Source of the DNA: a virus
Lineage: Duplodnaviria; Heunggongvirae; Uroviricota; Caudoviricetes
Direction: 5' to 3' (one strand)
DNA: 64,000 bases
IMG/VR virus record: IMGVR_UViG_3300031999_000001
Span: 128,001-192,000 of that record
The notes beneath the pieces are model-generated. The model ran no database searches, was not told where the DNA came from, and worked only from the letters and a program-made list of their open reading frames with translations. The position numbers and the translations under genes were made by a program. This document shows positions 30,019-38,731 of the stretch, piece after piece; within the stretch, counting starts at the first letter, position 1, and every line of letters starts with the position of its first letter.

Positions 30019-30559
30019 TTTTCCACATTTTATTTCTAATTATTCTTGAAATGCTTATTTCAGACACACCATATTTTCTCGCAAGAAATTGATAACCATC
30101 TTTTTTCAATATGTTGTTAAATTTAAACATACGAATTTCTTGTACTTGAATATTATTTAATTTAGCATTTATATTATTTTCACCACACATATTTAGACCA
30201 TTTAAATGCCCCTCGACTTTTCTGGCAAGATTATAAATTTTATTGCTGAAATATTTAAAATAATAATCCAAATATTGTTGTTCAACATCATGTAATTGAT
30301 TTTTATCAAAAATTTGAACAATTATTGAAAACATAAAATTCTGCGAACCATATTTATTCCAAGCATGCTGTAAATAAATATTATAATGCTTATTATTATT
30401 TAATAAATGTATATGATGACTCCAACGATTTTTATAATCATAAGCACTGCCAATATAAAACTTACCATCTACCAAATTTAATATTTGATATATTGAACGT
30501 GGACTTGCTTCAAAATAATCAGGAAAATCATTTTTTATTCTAATTGCATTAGATTTCAT
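30011..30559 (-). mobile_element. Free-standing GIY-YIG homing endonuclease with C-terminal HTH
   Basis: SIYQILN...FYIGSA...RW..H, LQHAWNKYG; C-terminal GENNINAKL...LARKYGVS. Confidence 0.85.
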
Positions 30560-31254
30560 TCTTCATACGTAATTGGCAATTCATCTTTATATTTTTCAAC
30601 AAATTGTTGTCTGTTTTTTTCCCATTCTTCATTTGTTGCACCCACAGATTCATGTAGTATTCTTATATCTGTTATAACACCAATATTACAACCCTCAAGG
30701 TAATTATTAAAAACCATCGGAATTTCATAAAAATGAAACCCTTTAAATTCTTCATCAAACTTATGCTCAATATTATTACAATCAACAGCCATAAATAATC
30801 CATCAATTAATATTACTGGTTTAATATATCCTTTTCTTGGTGGTGCATATTCACTTACCCATGTTGAAATGCCATTGGTGTGCTCTACGACTCCATACAT
30901 TTTAGTTCTGTCAGTCCACCAGCAACCATTATCGGCAAGATATGTTGTACCAGCTACGCCAATTATTGAAAAATTCGAATAATTGAATTTATTAAGCAAT
31001 ATTTTACCCCAATTAGATGTTTTTATGGTTATGTCTGGATGAGAAAACACCATAATTACATTATCTCCGTTATGTTCAGCAATTGCTCTATTATAAACTT
31101 CAGAAAGTGAATATTGGTTATAATTAACATAACACACAACATCATAATTTACGCCAATTGTTTTATGAATATGATTAATAAATTCATTATTTTTTTCATC
31201 ACCTAAATGTGAAGAAAATACAACAACTATTTTATTTTTTAAATTTTTTTTCAT
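30556..31254 (-). CDS. Glycosyltransferase (Glyco_tranf_2_5-like)
   Basis: SLSEVYN, FSHPDI, IIGVAG, IDGLFM, FDE and FHFYE motifs. Confidence 0.8.
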   Translation of the reverse strand: MKKNLKNKIVVVFSSHLGDEKNNEFINHIHKTIGVNYDVVCYVNYNQYSLSEVYNRAIAEHNGDNVIMVFSHPDITIKTSNWGKILLNKFNYSNFSIIGVAGTTYLADNGCWWTDRTKMYGVVEHTNGISTWVSEYAPPRKGYIKPVILIDGLFMAVDCNNIEHKFDEEFKGFHFYEIPMVFNNYLEGCNIGVITDIRILHESVGATNEEWEKNRQQFVEKYKDELPITYEE

Positions 31255-31259
31255 AATTA

Positions 31260-31424
31260 TTATTTACATCTGCAAAAATTTTGAAAACCAGCATAATTTA
31301 AATCATAAGGACTTACGTTTTTTGGCATTATTTTTAATCCACAACAAGGACATTCATTTGTAAATCCACCAACTTCATTCAAATCATAAGGATTTATGTG
31401 TTTTGGTTTTTTTCTATATTTCAT
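31260..31424 (-). CDS. 54-aa Cys-rich protein (not in ORF track)
   Basis: MKYRKKPKHINPYDLNEVGGFTNECPCCGLKIMPKNVSPYDLNYAGFQNFCRCK; tightly packed between neighbours. Confidence 0.55.
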   Translation of the reverse strand: MKYRKKPKHINPYDLNEVGGFTNECPCCGLKIMPKNVSPYDLNYAGFQNFCRCK

Positions 31425-31429
31425 TTTAA

Positions 31430-31588
31430 TTAAATGTCAAATGGAATATTCATTTTATTAGGGTCGATTTCCATATTTTGAAGGAAATGTTCTTTTTCTC
31501 TTTCAAGTTTTTCCATTTCTTCTTTAAACTTTTTACTTTTAAGAAAATTTTTAATTTTCCCTTTTGTTCGCAATGTTAATTTTTTCAT
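31430..31588 (-). CDS. 52-aa basic protein (not in ORF track)
   Basis: MKKLTLRTKGKIKNFLKSKKF...MNIPFDI; TAATG-type overlap with the upstream ORF. Confidence 0.5.
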   Translation of the reverse strand: MKKLTLRTKGKIKNFLKSKKFKEEMEKLEREKEHFLQNMEIDPNKMNIPFDI

Positions 31589-31683
31589 TATTTTGTAATT
31601 ACTTCAACAACAATAATAAAAACAACAATAATAACAATTGTTAAACCAATAACAAACCAATCCCAAAAATCATCCTTTTTCAT
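31588..31683 (-). CDS. 31-aa single-TM peptide (not in ORF track)
   Basis: MKKDDFWDWFVIGLTIVIIVVFIIVVEVITK; its stop overlaps the next start. Confidence 0.5.
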   Translation of the reverse strand: MKKDDFWDWFVIGLTIVIIVVFIIVVEVITK

Positions 31684-31825
31684 TTTTTTCCTGAATTATA
31701 TATTTTTTACCTTTAAATACTTTTTCAAATTCTTCACGCTCATGATTTTTTCTACGTTCTTCATCTTGTTTTATTCTCATAGCTTCTTTTTCCCAATAAC
31801 TATAATATTCTTCAAAAGTTGGCAT
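31670..31825 (-). CDS. 51-aa charged protein (not in ORF track)
   Basis: MPTFEEYYSYWEKEAMRIKQDEERR...; first ORF after the promoter at 31868. Confidence 0.5.
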   Translation of the reverse strand: MPTFEEYYSYWEKEAMRIKQDEERRKNHEREEFEKVFKGKKYIIQEKNEKG

Positions 31826-31867
31826 ATTTATTTTTTTATTAATTTAATAAAATAATTTTTACAATCG

Positions 31868-31899
31868 CAAACCTAATAAAATTAAATTAAAATGTCAAG
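31868..31899 (-). promoter_or_regulatory. Bacteroidota-type promoter (CTTG-N20-TAGGTTTG) heading the small ORFs and the glycan island
   Basis: + strand CAAACCTA at 31868-31875 and CAAG at 31896-31899. Confidence 0.65.
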
Positions 31900-31901
31900 G
31901 A

Positions 31902-32216
31902 TTATTGTTTTTTGTATGCAATTAATAATGCTTCATAATCCGCTTTGACTTTTGTGAGTGGAAATGGTATTCTTATTAATGCACCATCAGGTATATCAAA
32001 TTCTGATACATAATTACCATTTGCATATAAAATAAGAAAATCATAAAATGGATTTCCATAATACTTTTGTGATAATTTATCCATTCTGCTAAATTCAGAA
32101 TTCCAATACTCATATTTATCACTTGAATTTACAGGTAATTTAACAAACGGCATTGAATCTGTTGTTCCATCACCATTTTTTAATATTGAATATCTATTAT
32201 AATCTATATATGGCAT
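31902..32216 (-). CDS. Baseplate wedge / LysM-like protein (gp53/gpX-like)
   Basis: RMDKLSQKYYGNP...ILYAN...IPDGALIRIP pattern. Confidence 0.7.
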   Translation of the reverse strand: MPYIDYNRYSILKNGDGTTDSMPFVKLPVNSSDKYEYWNSEFSRMDKLSQKYYGNPFYDFLILYANGNYVSEFDIPDGALIRIPFPLTKVKADYEALLIAYKKQ

Positions 32217-32230
32217 AATTATTATTTTAT

Positions 32231-35200
32231 TTATTCGAATGATTCTACTTTACCCAAACCCACCTTGGTTTCATATGCTGCAAGCAAATTCTTTTGTTCT
32301 GTTGTTAATATACCATCAATATAACTTTTTTGATCATCAGCAACTTTTGAAGGTAATTTATACATACCACTATTACTAAATGTAGAATTTGCATAATAAT
32401 TAAATGATACTGCATTCTGCAGAGCATCGATAGGTCCTTTCAACGACTGACCACCAATTATTTTTATTTGTAACGTAACTTTAGCAATCATTGGCTGCAT
32501 ACCAAAACCCTCTGGGTTCATATCCCATGTGGTTTCATTATAATCAATTGTAACATTTTCAATAATTATTTTTGTATAGAAAAAATCCCCAATTCTTAAA
32601 ATACAAATAGGTTGACGACCAAAAACAGAATTTTTTGCCCTTAATATACCATTATTATCAACAGTTGTAGTATTTCTTATAGCTGAACCCTGTCTTGTAC
32701 ATTGCTGTAAAAAAGTTAATCTTTTATGAAAATCTTCTGGTGTTTGTGAATGAAATACAGGATAATAATAATTACCACCAACTGATTGAAATCCATGAAG
32801 AATTCCAGTATCACCAGCACCATTTTCATCAACACTTCCTCTTTCCTGATATATGCAAGAATTATTTTGTTTTTTTAATTCTCTAATTTTTGTTCTAATT
32901 GCATTAAGTTCTATTGTTATATTTTCAATTGTTGTTATGTCATCAGATGATAATTCTGGTTTTTTTGATTCTGATTTTCTTTCATTTTTTCTAATTTCAA
33001 TCAGAGAATATCTTTCATTTTTAGTATCTTCTTCAGGAATTGCTGCTGCAGTTGCATTACTATCGCTTGCTTTTTCATCACCAGTACTTGCCGTTACGTC
33101 ATAAGTAACTTCAATTCCCAATTCATTAATATTTTTACTAAACATTGCTTCCAGTCTTTTTTCAACTAAAATTTTTGTAGCATCTGCTCTTCTTTTACCC
33201 AACGCCAAATTATATTCACTACCTTCTATCTTATCTTTTGCATTTGCTTCAGTATATAATTTAGATGCACCACCAACAATATAAACACTATATAATGGTC
33301 TATTTTTTTCATCATTAAAAAATCTAAAAAGTTCGTTATTTAATTTAGAATTACCAAATTCATCATTTAATCCAACTTGATTATATTGTGAAAAATTTGC
33401 TGGTAATAATGAGGGATTAAGTATCCAAATAGTTTTACCTAAAATTGTTCCATTATCTGTAAGACCAGTTATAAAAAATATGTCTCTATTTAAATGATAA
33501 CACGTAAAATCACCACCAGATGCACATCCATCATATATTTCATAATGATATTTTATATATAAATCATCAATAATGGTATTAAGATTATCTCCTATTCTTG
33601 GAATATCATTTGGAAATGCTATTCTTATTGAAGATGGAGCAATATTTTCAGGTTCAACAATTTCCATACTTCCTTTAATATCTTCAATTTGTTTTAAAAG
33701 TGCAGTTTCTCTTGCTTCATAATTTTCAACCGAAACAAATTTATCAACATAATTATCACCACCAAATGCAAAAAATTCAGCAATTTCTCTTTGTTTATCA
33801 ATACCTTTATAATTTTTTAAATGTTGTGGATAATCAACAAGCAATGTAAAGGTAATTGTTGCACTTCTTTCTGAATTTATATAATTATACATTGGTTCAT
33901 TTCTACCAACCATAACAGTTGGTTCAAATTTAGCTGTTGCTGTTTCATTTAACTCTAAATTATATGGAGGAAACCACATAATTCGTCCATTGAACGGTCC
34001 GACTTCACACGCTGAAATTGGTGAACCATATTCATCATCAATAATACCATAAGCACCTTTACTTATAACTCTAACAGCAAGATTTTCAATTGAAAACATT
34101 AAATTTTTATTATCAATATTTCCAGTTTTTTTATTTATTGTGGGATGAATACGTGGCAATACTGTATTATAAATTACCGAATTTTCATTTCCACCATAAA
34201 CTTTATTACCATTAAATCTAATTGCTTTTGCAAATCTATCATATTGATCTAATACCGAATGTTGACGAATACCCCTTTTACCTGAAATTTGAGCATCCTG
34301 CGCATATTTACTATTATTTGCTTTCCATAAACCAGCACCATTAAAACCAACTAAATTATTATTGCGTGTAAATGCTTTTCTTGTAATATCAACAACAGCA
34401 CCTTCGGTTGCATTTAATAAATTTCTGGTATATTCCAATAAACCACTTCTTAAATTAAACGGATTAAAATATGATAAATCACCAGAAATATTATTATTAC
34501 CAACATTAATATCATCACCACGAAATTGTTTTATTTTTTCAGTTGCTTCTGGTGAAATACCATCACGACCCCAAATAAGTTTATTTTCAATATTATTATT
34601 AGTAAATTCAAGAGTACTACTAATCCAATCATTTTCCAATTCACTATTAAATGCTGAAATAAATGTTTTATTTGTTGTTCCCAAATAAAATTTAATAAAA
34701 TCATTATCTGGTGCATATTCTGAAGAATATGTTTCATCAATAATTAATGAATTAATCATATTTTTATTTGCATCAATAATTGAATTTGATTTTAATAAAC
34801 TAATATTAAATATTGTATAGGGATTAAAAATTTTATTATTAAAATCAAAAAACTTTTTATCATCCTTACCACTACCAATTTTTTTATCTTTACCACCTAA
34901 TATAACACTTCTACTAAAAATTTCTGTATCAGCCTTTTCAGCATAATCATAAAAAGTTTTATCGGTATTATTTTTTCCTTGTTTAAATATATTTTTATTA
35001 ATTGCTGAATATAAAAAACCTAATTGTCCCGTACCAGTATTTTTAATAAAATCACTATTACTTGGGTCTTTACTAAATGGATAATCTTTTATTGGATATG
35101 TATAAAATATTTTATCAAGAAAATTTTCAAATATTATATCATCAGCTTTCTTCGTAATTCTCATATCGTTATATAAAGTAAAAAGTTTAGTATTTTTATT

Positions 35201-35554
35201 TTTATCAAATAAATTACTAACTTTAATAACTGGAAATGTTTGCTGTGCAAGATGCGACATTGAATTTAATGCAAACTGTTTACCTAACATAATAAGACCA
35301 ACTTCTGTTAATGGTGTTGGTGTTGTTATAAGTCTACCATAAACAGTATTTTTAAGATTATATGATTTAAATGGTGTAATTCCAGCAATAATACTATTAA
35401 TAGCACCAACAACTTTATCTACACTTCTTGCATTCTGAAGAGGATATTCAACATCGGGAGTATATAAATTACGTGAATATAAAACATTTCTAATATTATT
35501 TGAATTTGTTAATAACCTTGAAGTAGTAATACCATTAATATTATCCGATGCCAT
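32231..35554 (-). CDS. Large baseplate hub / tube-initiator-like protein with inserted OmpA/Pal-like domain
   Basis: FPPY, VGRNEPMYNY, PICILRIGDFF and WDMNPEG..QPM tube-like motifs; EYNLALGKRRA; lies between the tape measure and LysM-like genes. Confidence 0.6.
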   Translation of the reverse strand: MASDNINGITTSRLLTNSNNIRNVLYSRNLYTPDVEYPLQNARSVDKVVGAINSIIAGITPFKSYNLKNTVYGRLITTPTPLTEVGLIMLGKQFALNSMSHLAQQTFPVIKVSNLFDKNKNTKLFTLYNDMRITKKADDIIFENFLDKIFYTYPIKDYPFSKDPSNSDFIKNTGTGQLGFLYSAINKNIFKQGKNNTDKTFYDYAEKADTEIFSRSVILGGKDKKIGSGKDDKKFFDFNNKIFNPYTIFNISLLKSNSIIDANKNMINSLIIDETYSSEYAPDNDFIKFYLGTTNKTFISAFNSELENDWISSTLEFTNNNIENKLIWGRDGISPEATEKIKQFRGDDINVGNNNISGDLSYFNPFNLRSGLLEYTRNLLNATEGAVVDITRKAFTRNNNLVGFNGAGLWKANNSKYAQDAQISGKRGIRQHSVLDQYDRFAKAIRFNGNKVYGGNENSVIYNTVLPRIHPTINKKTGNIDNKNLMFSIENLAVRVISKGAYGIIDDEYGSPISACEVGPFNGRIMWFPPYNLELNETATAKFEPTVMVGRNEPMYNYINSERSATITFTLLVDYPQHLKNYKGIDKQREIAEFFAFGGDNYVDKFVSVENYEARETALLKQIEDIKGSMEIVEPENIAPSSIRIAFPNDIPRIGDNLNTIIDDLYIKYHYEIYDGCASGGDFTCYHLNRDIFFITGLTDNGTILGKTIWILNPSLLPANFSQYNQVGLNDEFGNSKLNNELFRFFNDEKNRPLYSVYIVGGASKLYTEANAKDKIEGSEYNLALGKRRADATKILVEKRLEAMFSKNINELGIEVTYDVTASTGDEKASDSNATAAAIPEEDTKNERYSLIEIRKNERKSESKKPELSSDDITTIENITIELNAIRTKIRELKKQNNSCIYQERGSVDENGAGDTGILHGFQSVGGNYYYPVFHSQTPEDFHKRLTFLQQCTRQGSAIRNTTTVDNNGILRAKNSVFGRQPICILRIGDFFYTKIIIENVTIDYNETTWDMNPEGFGMQPMIAKVTLQIKIIGGQSLKGPIDALQNAVSFNYYANSTFSNSGMYKLPSKVADDQKSYIDGILTTEQKNLLAAYETKVGLGKVESFE

Positions 35555-35569
35555 TAATATTTATTTTTT

Positions 35570-35577
35570 ATAAATAC
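35570..35577 (-). promoter_or_regulatory. GTATTTAT late motif
   Basis: 15 nt upstream of the ATG at 35554. Confidence 0.6.
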
Positions 35578-35770
35578 TTGCAAATTAAATTTATTAATTC
35601 TAATTTTACCTTGGGAAAATATACCCTTTTCAATATAAAATTTTATATTATTATATAAAATAATTATTGGGTGATAAGTTAAATGAAAAAAAATAAATAA
35701 AAAAATAAATAAAAAATTTAATAATTTCTTTTAAATTAAGTAATTAAAATATATCTTTGAATAAATAATG

Positions 35771-35884
35771 AAATTTCGGAGAAATTTAAATATAGTTATC
35801 CTATAAAACAAGTTTTGATTAAATTCGAAGAAATTAATCACAAATCATTGTAAATTTGTTTTTTGTTTCGAAGAAACGAAGAAA
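35771..35884. repeat. Three hairpins with C-GNA-G triloops (TTC-GRA-GAA repeat) in a ~420-bp non-coding region
   Basis: AAATTTC-GGA-GAAATTT; TGATTAAATTC-GAA-GAAATTAATCA; GTTTC-GAA-GAAAC; plus one extra CGAAGAAA. Confidence 0.6.
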
Positions 35885-35906
35885 GAGTTTTTGGAAAAAA
35901 ACTTGT

Positions 35907-35938
35907 CAAAGTTACAATATTTTAAATTAGAAAACAAG
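35907..35938 (-). promoter_or_regulatory. Bacteroidota-type promoter (CTTG-N20-TAACTTTG) pointing into the non-coding hairpin region
   Basis: + strand CAAAGTTA at 35907-35914 and CAAG at 35935-35938. Confidence 0.55.
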
Positions 35939-35976
35939 TGTTTTTAATTTATGTTGAAAAATAAATATTAATTTTA

Positions 35977-38469
35977 TTATACTGCTTGACCTGTTCTTGC
36001 ACGTTCTGTTTTTTGAATTGCAGCATTAACATTATAAGTTTTTTGCATAAATTTTTGACCATCAATATTTAATGTAATATCATTTACAACAGCTAAACGT
36101 TTATCAGCAAATTCTACTTTTAATGGAGTTTTCATAAGATTAGCTAAATCACTTAACATACTACCGCCTTTAATATTCATATTTGATATAGATGCAATTG
36201 CATTTTCTACAGCAATAAAATCATTTTTACTTCCAGATAGAACAGTTTTAATATTATTAAATGCTAAACCTATTTTTTCAATACCTTCTGAATGTTTTGT
36301 CATTCTTGCCAGTGAATTATTAAAAGCAAACATAGATACAATACCACCAGCACCCATTGCTAATGTAATTGCACCAACACCAGCAGCAACACCAAGTAAT
36401 TGTTTTCCAGCACCAGTACCAGATTCATTCATTTTTCCAATGCCTTCAGCCATTTTACCAATACCAACTGTTGCTAATCTAATACCAAAACCAATACCAA
36501 CTATGGCAGCACCTACTGCTAATATTGGTATTGCTGCTCCAGCAGATGCTGTTCCAACTGCAGCTAATCCAATTGCTGCAAGTGGAAAAGTAATTGCAAG
36601 TGTTTTTGCAATACTTGCTAATGATTTTGCTTGTTCAGGTGTTAATTTAGCCATTGAATCAGCAAGTTTACTAATTCCTTGTGCTGCAAACATAATACCA
36701 GCACCAGTACCAGCCATTGCTGCACCAATACCAGCACCAGTACCAAGTGCTTTCATTCCTTTACCTTTTGCAAGTGCACCAGCACCAATACCTTTACGTT
36801 GTTCAAATAAACCACTTCCGCTTTCAGCAGTTTTTTTAAGAGTAGTAATACCTTTACCACGACCTAAAATACTTGGTAATGAACCAATTAAACCACCTAC
36901 TACTTTTTGAAGTCCCAAAGTAATAGTTTTCCACATTACACCAGCACCAATAAATAATGCAATTACTTTTATCCAACCAGCAGGTCCTTTGGTAATTGCT
37001 TCAGTGAATTTAATTATATATGGTCGTGCCCAAACTAATACACTATTTACTGATTTAAGTATAGGTAATAATGCGGTTTTTAATTCCGCAATTGTTGCTT
37101 TAAATGCTTCATCAAATGTTTGTGCAGATTTTGCACGTTCTTCTAACAATATATGTTCTTTAGTAAAAGCATTTGCTTGTGTTTTTGTTAAACTGGTAAT
37201 ATCTTTCATTTGACCAGCAAGTTGAACTTCAAATCTACCAGTTTCTTTATTAAATATAGCTGCACCTTCAATTAATTCTTTTTCTTTATCACTTAAACCC
37301 ATACCACCCATTTGTTGACGCATTCTTTGTATTTCTGCTTGTCTTTCAGCCATTTCAGTTAATGCACCTGTTTCCATTCCAAGAGATTTAGCTACTGCAG
37401 CAATTCTATCTCGATCAGCAGGACTTATGAATTTTTCAAATACTGTTTTTCCAGCACTATCAGTTACTTTTCTAAATGAAACAACACCTTTAGTCATATC
37501 AGCAATTTTTTCAGTAAATTTAGCTGGATCATTACGAGATAAGAATAACATTTGAAATGGGTCAGTTTTTGCAAATTCACCACCCATAATTTGTAGATTT
37601 GCAGCTAAATCAATAGCACCTTCAAGAGTTTTTGCAATATCAGCAGCATTAAGTGCCTGACTTATATCAATTCTAAACTTTTCAGCATACATTGCCATTT
37701 GTGCAAAACCTTTAACACCTTGTTGAAAAGTATAAGTATTTAATCTTTTAAAATTATCATTAACGTTTTTAAGAACTTTTGTTGTATTAACACCCATTCT
37801 TTCTGATGTATCAACAACACCTTGAACATAATTCATTGTAGCTTTTGCATCAAAACCCATTAATTCAAATTGTGCACCAAGTTTTGTTGCCTGTTCAATG
37901 CCAAGTCCAGTACCTTTACCAATTGCAGTAATATCTTTAACCATATCCGCAGATAAAACACGTGCCCTGCCAGTTTCATCAGCATAGCCACCCATAATTG
38001 TTCCAATATCTTCAAGGCTACCACCCAATCTTGCCACAAATCCAGCAGATTGTTCGAATGATGTTCGCATTAATTCAGCTTTAGTACCTGACATTCCAAG
38101 ACTAAGAATTGTACTTTTTATTATTTTATCGGATTGCATTAAATATTGCCATCCAATTTTTAATTGATTATTAAAATAACCTAAAACACCAAGTAATGCA
38201 CGTCTTGTTTTTTGTTCTTTAGTTAACTCAACATTAATGTTTTGTTGTGTTTTTTCAAGTTCTTTTAATATTTTTTCTTCTTCATCAGATAAATCATTAC
38301 CTTTAGTTTTTAATTCATTAATTAATTTCTGATTATTAGTATTAATTTCTGATTGTCTTGCTCTGGCAGTATCATAATCTGTAACAGCAATAGAAAGTTG
38401 TTTTTCTTGCTCAAGCAATCTATTTAATTCTCTAAGTTGTTCTATTATTTTTTTATTATCATCAGCCAT
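35977..38469 (-). CDS. Tail tape measure protein
   Basis: 830 aa, Ala/Gly-rich and helical with hydrophobic segments; follows the tail chaperone. Confidence 0.8.
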   Translation of the reverse strand: MADDNKKIIEQLRELNRLLEQEKQLSIAVTDYDTARARQSEINTNNQKLINELKTKGNDLSDEEEKILKELEKTQQNINVELTKEQKTRRALLGVLGYFNNQLKIGWQYLMQSDKIIKSTILSLGMSGTKAELMRTSFEQSAGFVARLGGSLEDIGTIMGGYADETGRARVLSADMVKDITAIGKGTGLGIEQATKLGAQFELMGFDAKATMNYVQGVVDTSERMGVNTTKVLKNVNDNFKRLNTYTFQQGVKGFAQMAMYAEKFRIDISQALNAADIAKTLEGAIDLAANLQIMGGEFAKTDPFQMLFLSRNDPAKFTEKIADMTKGVVSFRKVTDSAGKTVFEKFISPADRDRIAAVAKSLGMETGALTEMAERQAEIQRMRQQMGGMGLSDKEKELIEGAAIFNKETGRFEVQLAGQMKDITSLTKTQANAFTKEHILLEERAKSAQTFDEAFKATIAELKTALLPILKSVNSVLVWARPYIIKFTEAITKGPAGWIKVIALFIGAGVMWKTITLGLQKVVGGLIGSLPSILGRGKGITTLKKTAESGSGLFEQRKGIGAGALAKGKGMKALGTGAGIGAAMAGTGAGIMFAAQGISKLADSMAKLTPEQAKSLASIAKTLAITFPLAAIGLAAVGTASAGAAIPILAVGAAIVGIGFGIRLATVGIGKMAEGIGKMNESGTGAGKQLLGVAAGVGAITLAMGAGGIVSMFAFNNSLARMTKHSEGIEKIGLAFNNIKTVLSGSKNDFIAVENAIASISNMNIKGGSMLSDLANLMKTPLKVEFADKRLAVVNDITLNIDGQKFMQKTYNVNAAIQKTERARTGQAV

Positions 38470-38489
38470 AATAAAATATTATATTTAAT

Positions 38490-38497
38490 ATAAATAC
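38490..38497 (-). promoter_or_regulatory. GTATTTAT late motif
   Basis: 20 nt upstream of the tape measure ATG. Confidence 0.6.
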
Positions 38498-38512
38498 AAA
38501 AGACAGTGTTTT

Positions 38513-38731
38513 TTATTTTCTTGATTTAAAATTAAATTTACTTTGTGCTTGTTCTTGTAACTTTTTAATTTCATCATTTTCTCTTTCAAGTAAAAATAAA
38601 AAATGTCGTCTGCGATATATTGGTAGATTTTCTATATAATCTGCTTGAAACTTAGCATGTTTGGTCAATATATATATTTCTTCATTGACCATTTTTTTAT
38701 ACTCACCTGCTAAGTGCTTGGGAAAAAAAAA
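38513..38731 (-). CDS. -1 frame extension of the tail chaperone (gp51-like/gpGT-like); alternatively a 59-aa ORF from ATG 38692
   Basis: FPKHLAGEYKKMVNEEIYILTKHAKFQADYIENLPIYRRRHFLFLLEREN..., open from the T9 slippery run to TAA at 38513. Confidence 0.65.
   Translation of the reverse strand, partial: FFFPKHLAGEYKKMVNEEIYILTKHAKFQADYIENLPIYRRRHFLFLLERENDEIKKLQEQAQSKFNFKSRK

Noticed and set aside
30011-30559. Group I intron around the GIY-YIG gene
   Set aside because: The ORF overlaps both neighbours, leaving no visible room for an intron core, and both flanking GTs have their own start and stop.
12654-31254. Island as a bacterial LPS/capsule locus, i.e. a prophage boundary or chimeric join
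   Set aside because: It lacks export and initiating genes, contains a phage-type homing endonuclease and is continuous with phage genes on both sides. Read-level confirmation is still advisable.
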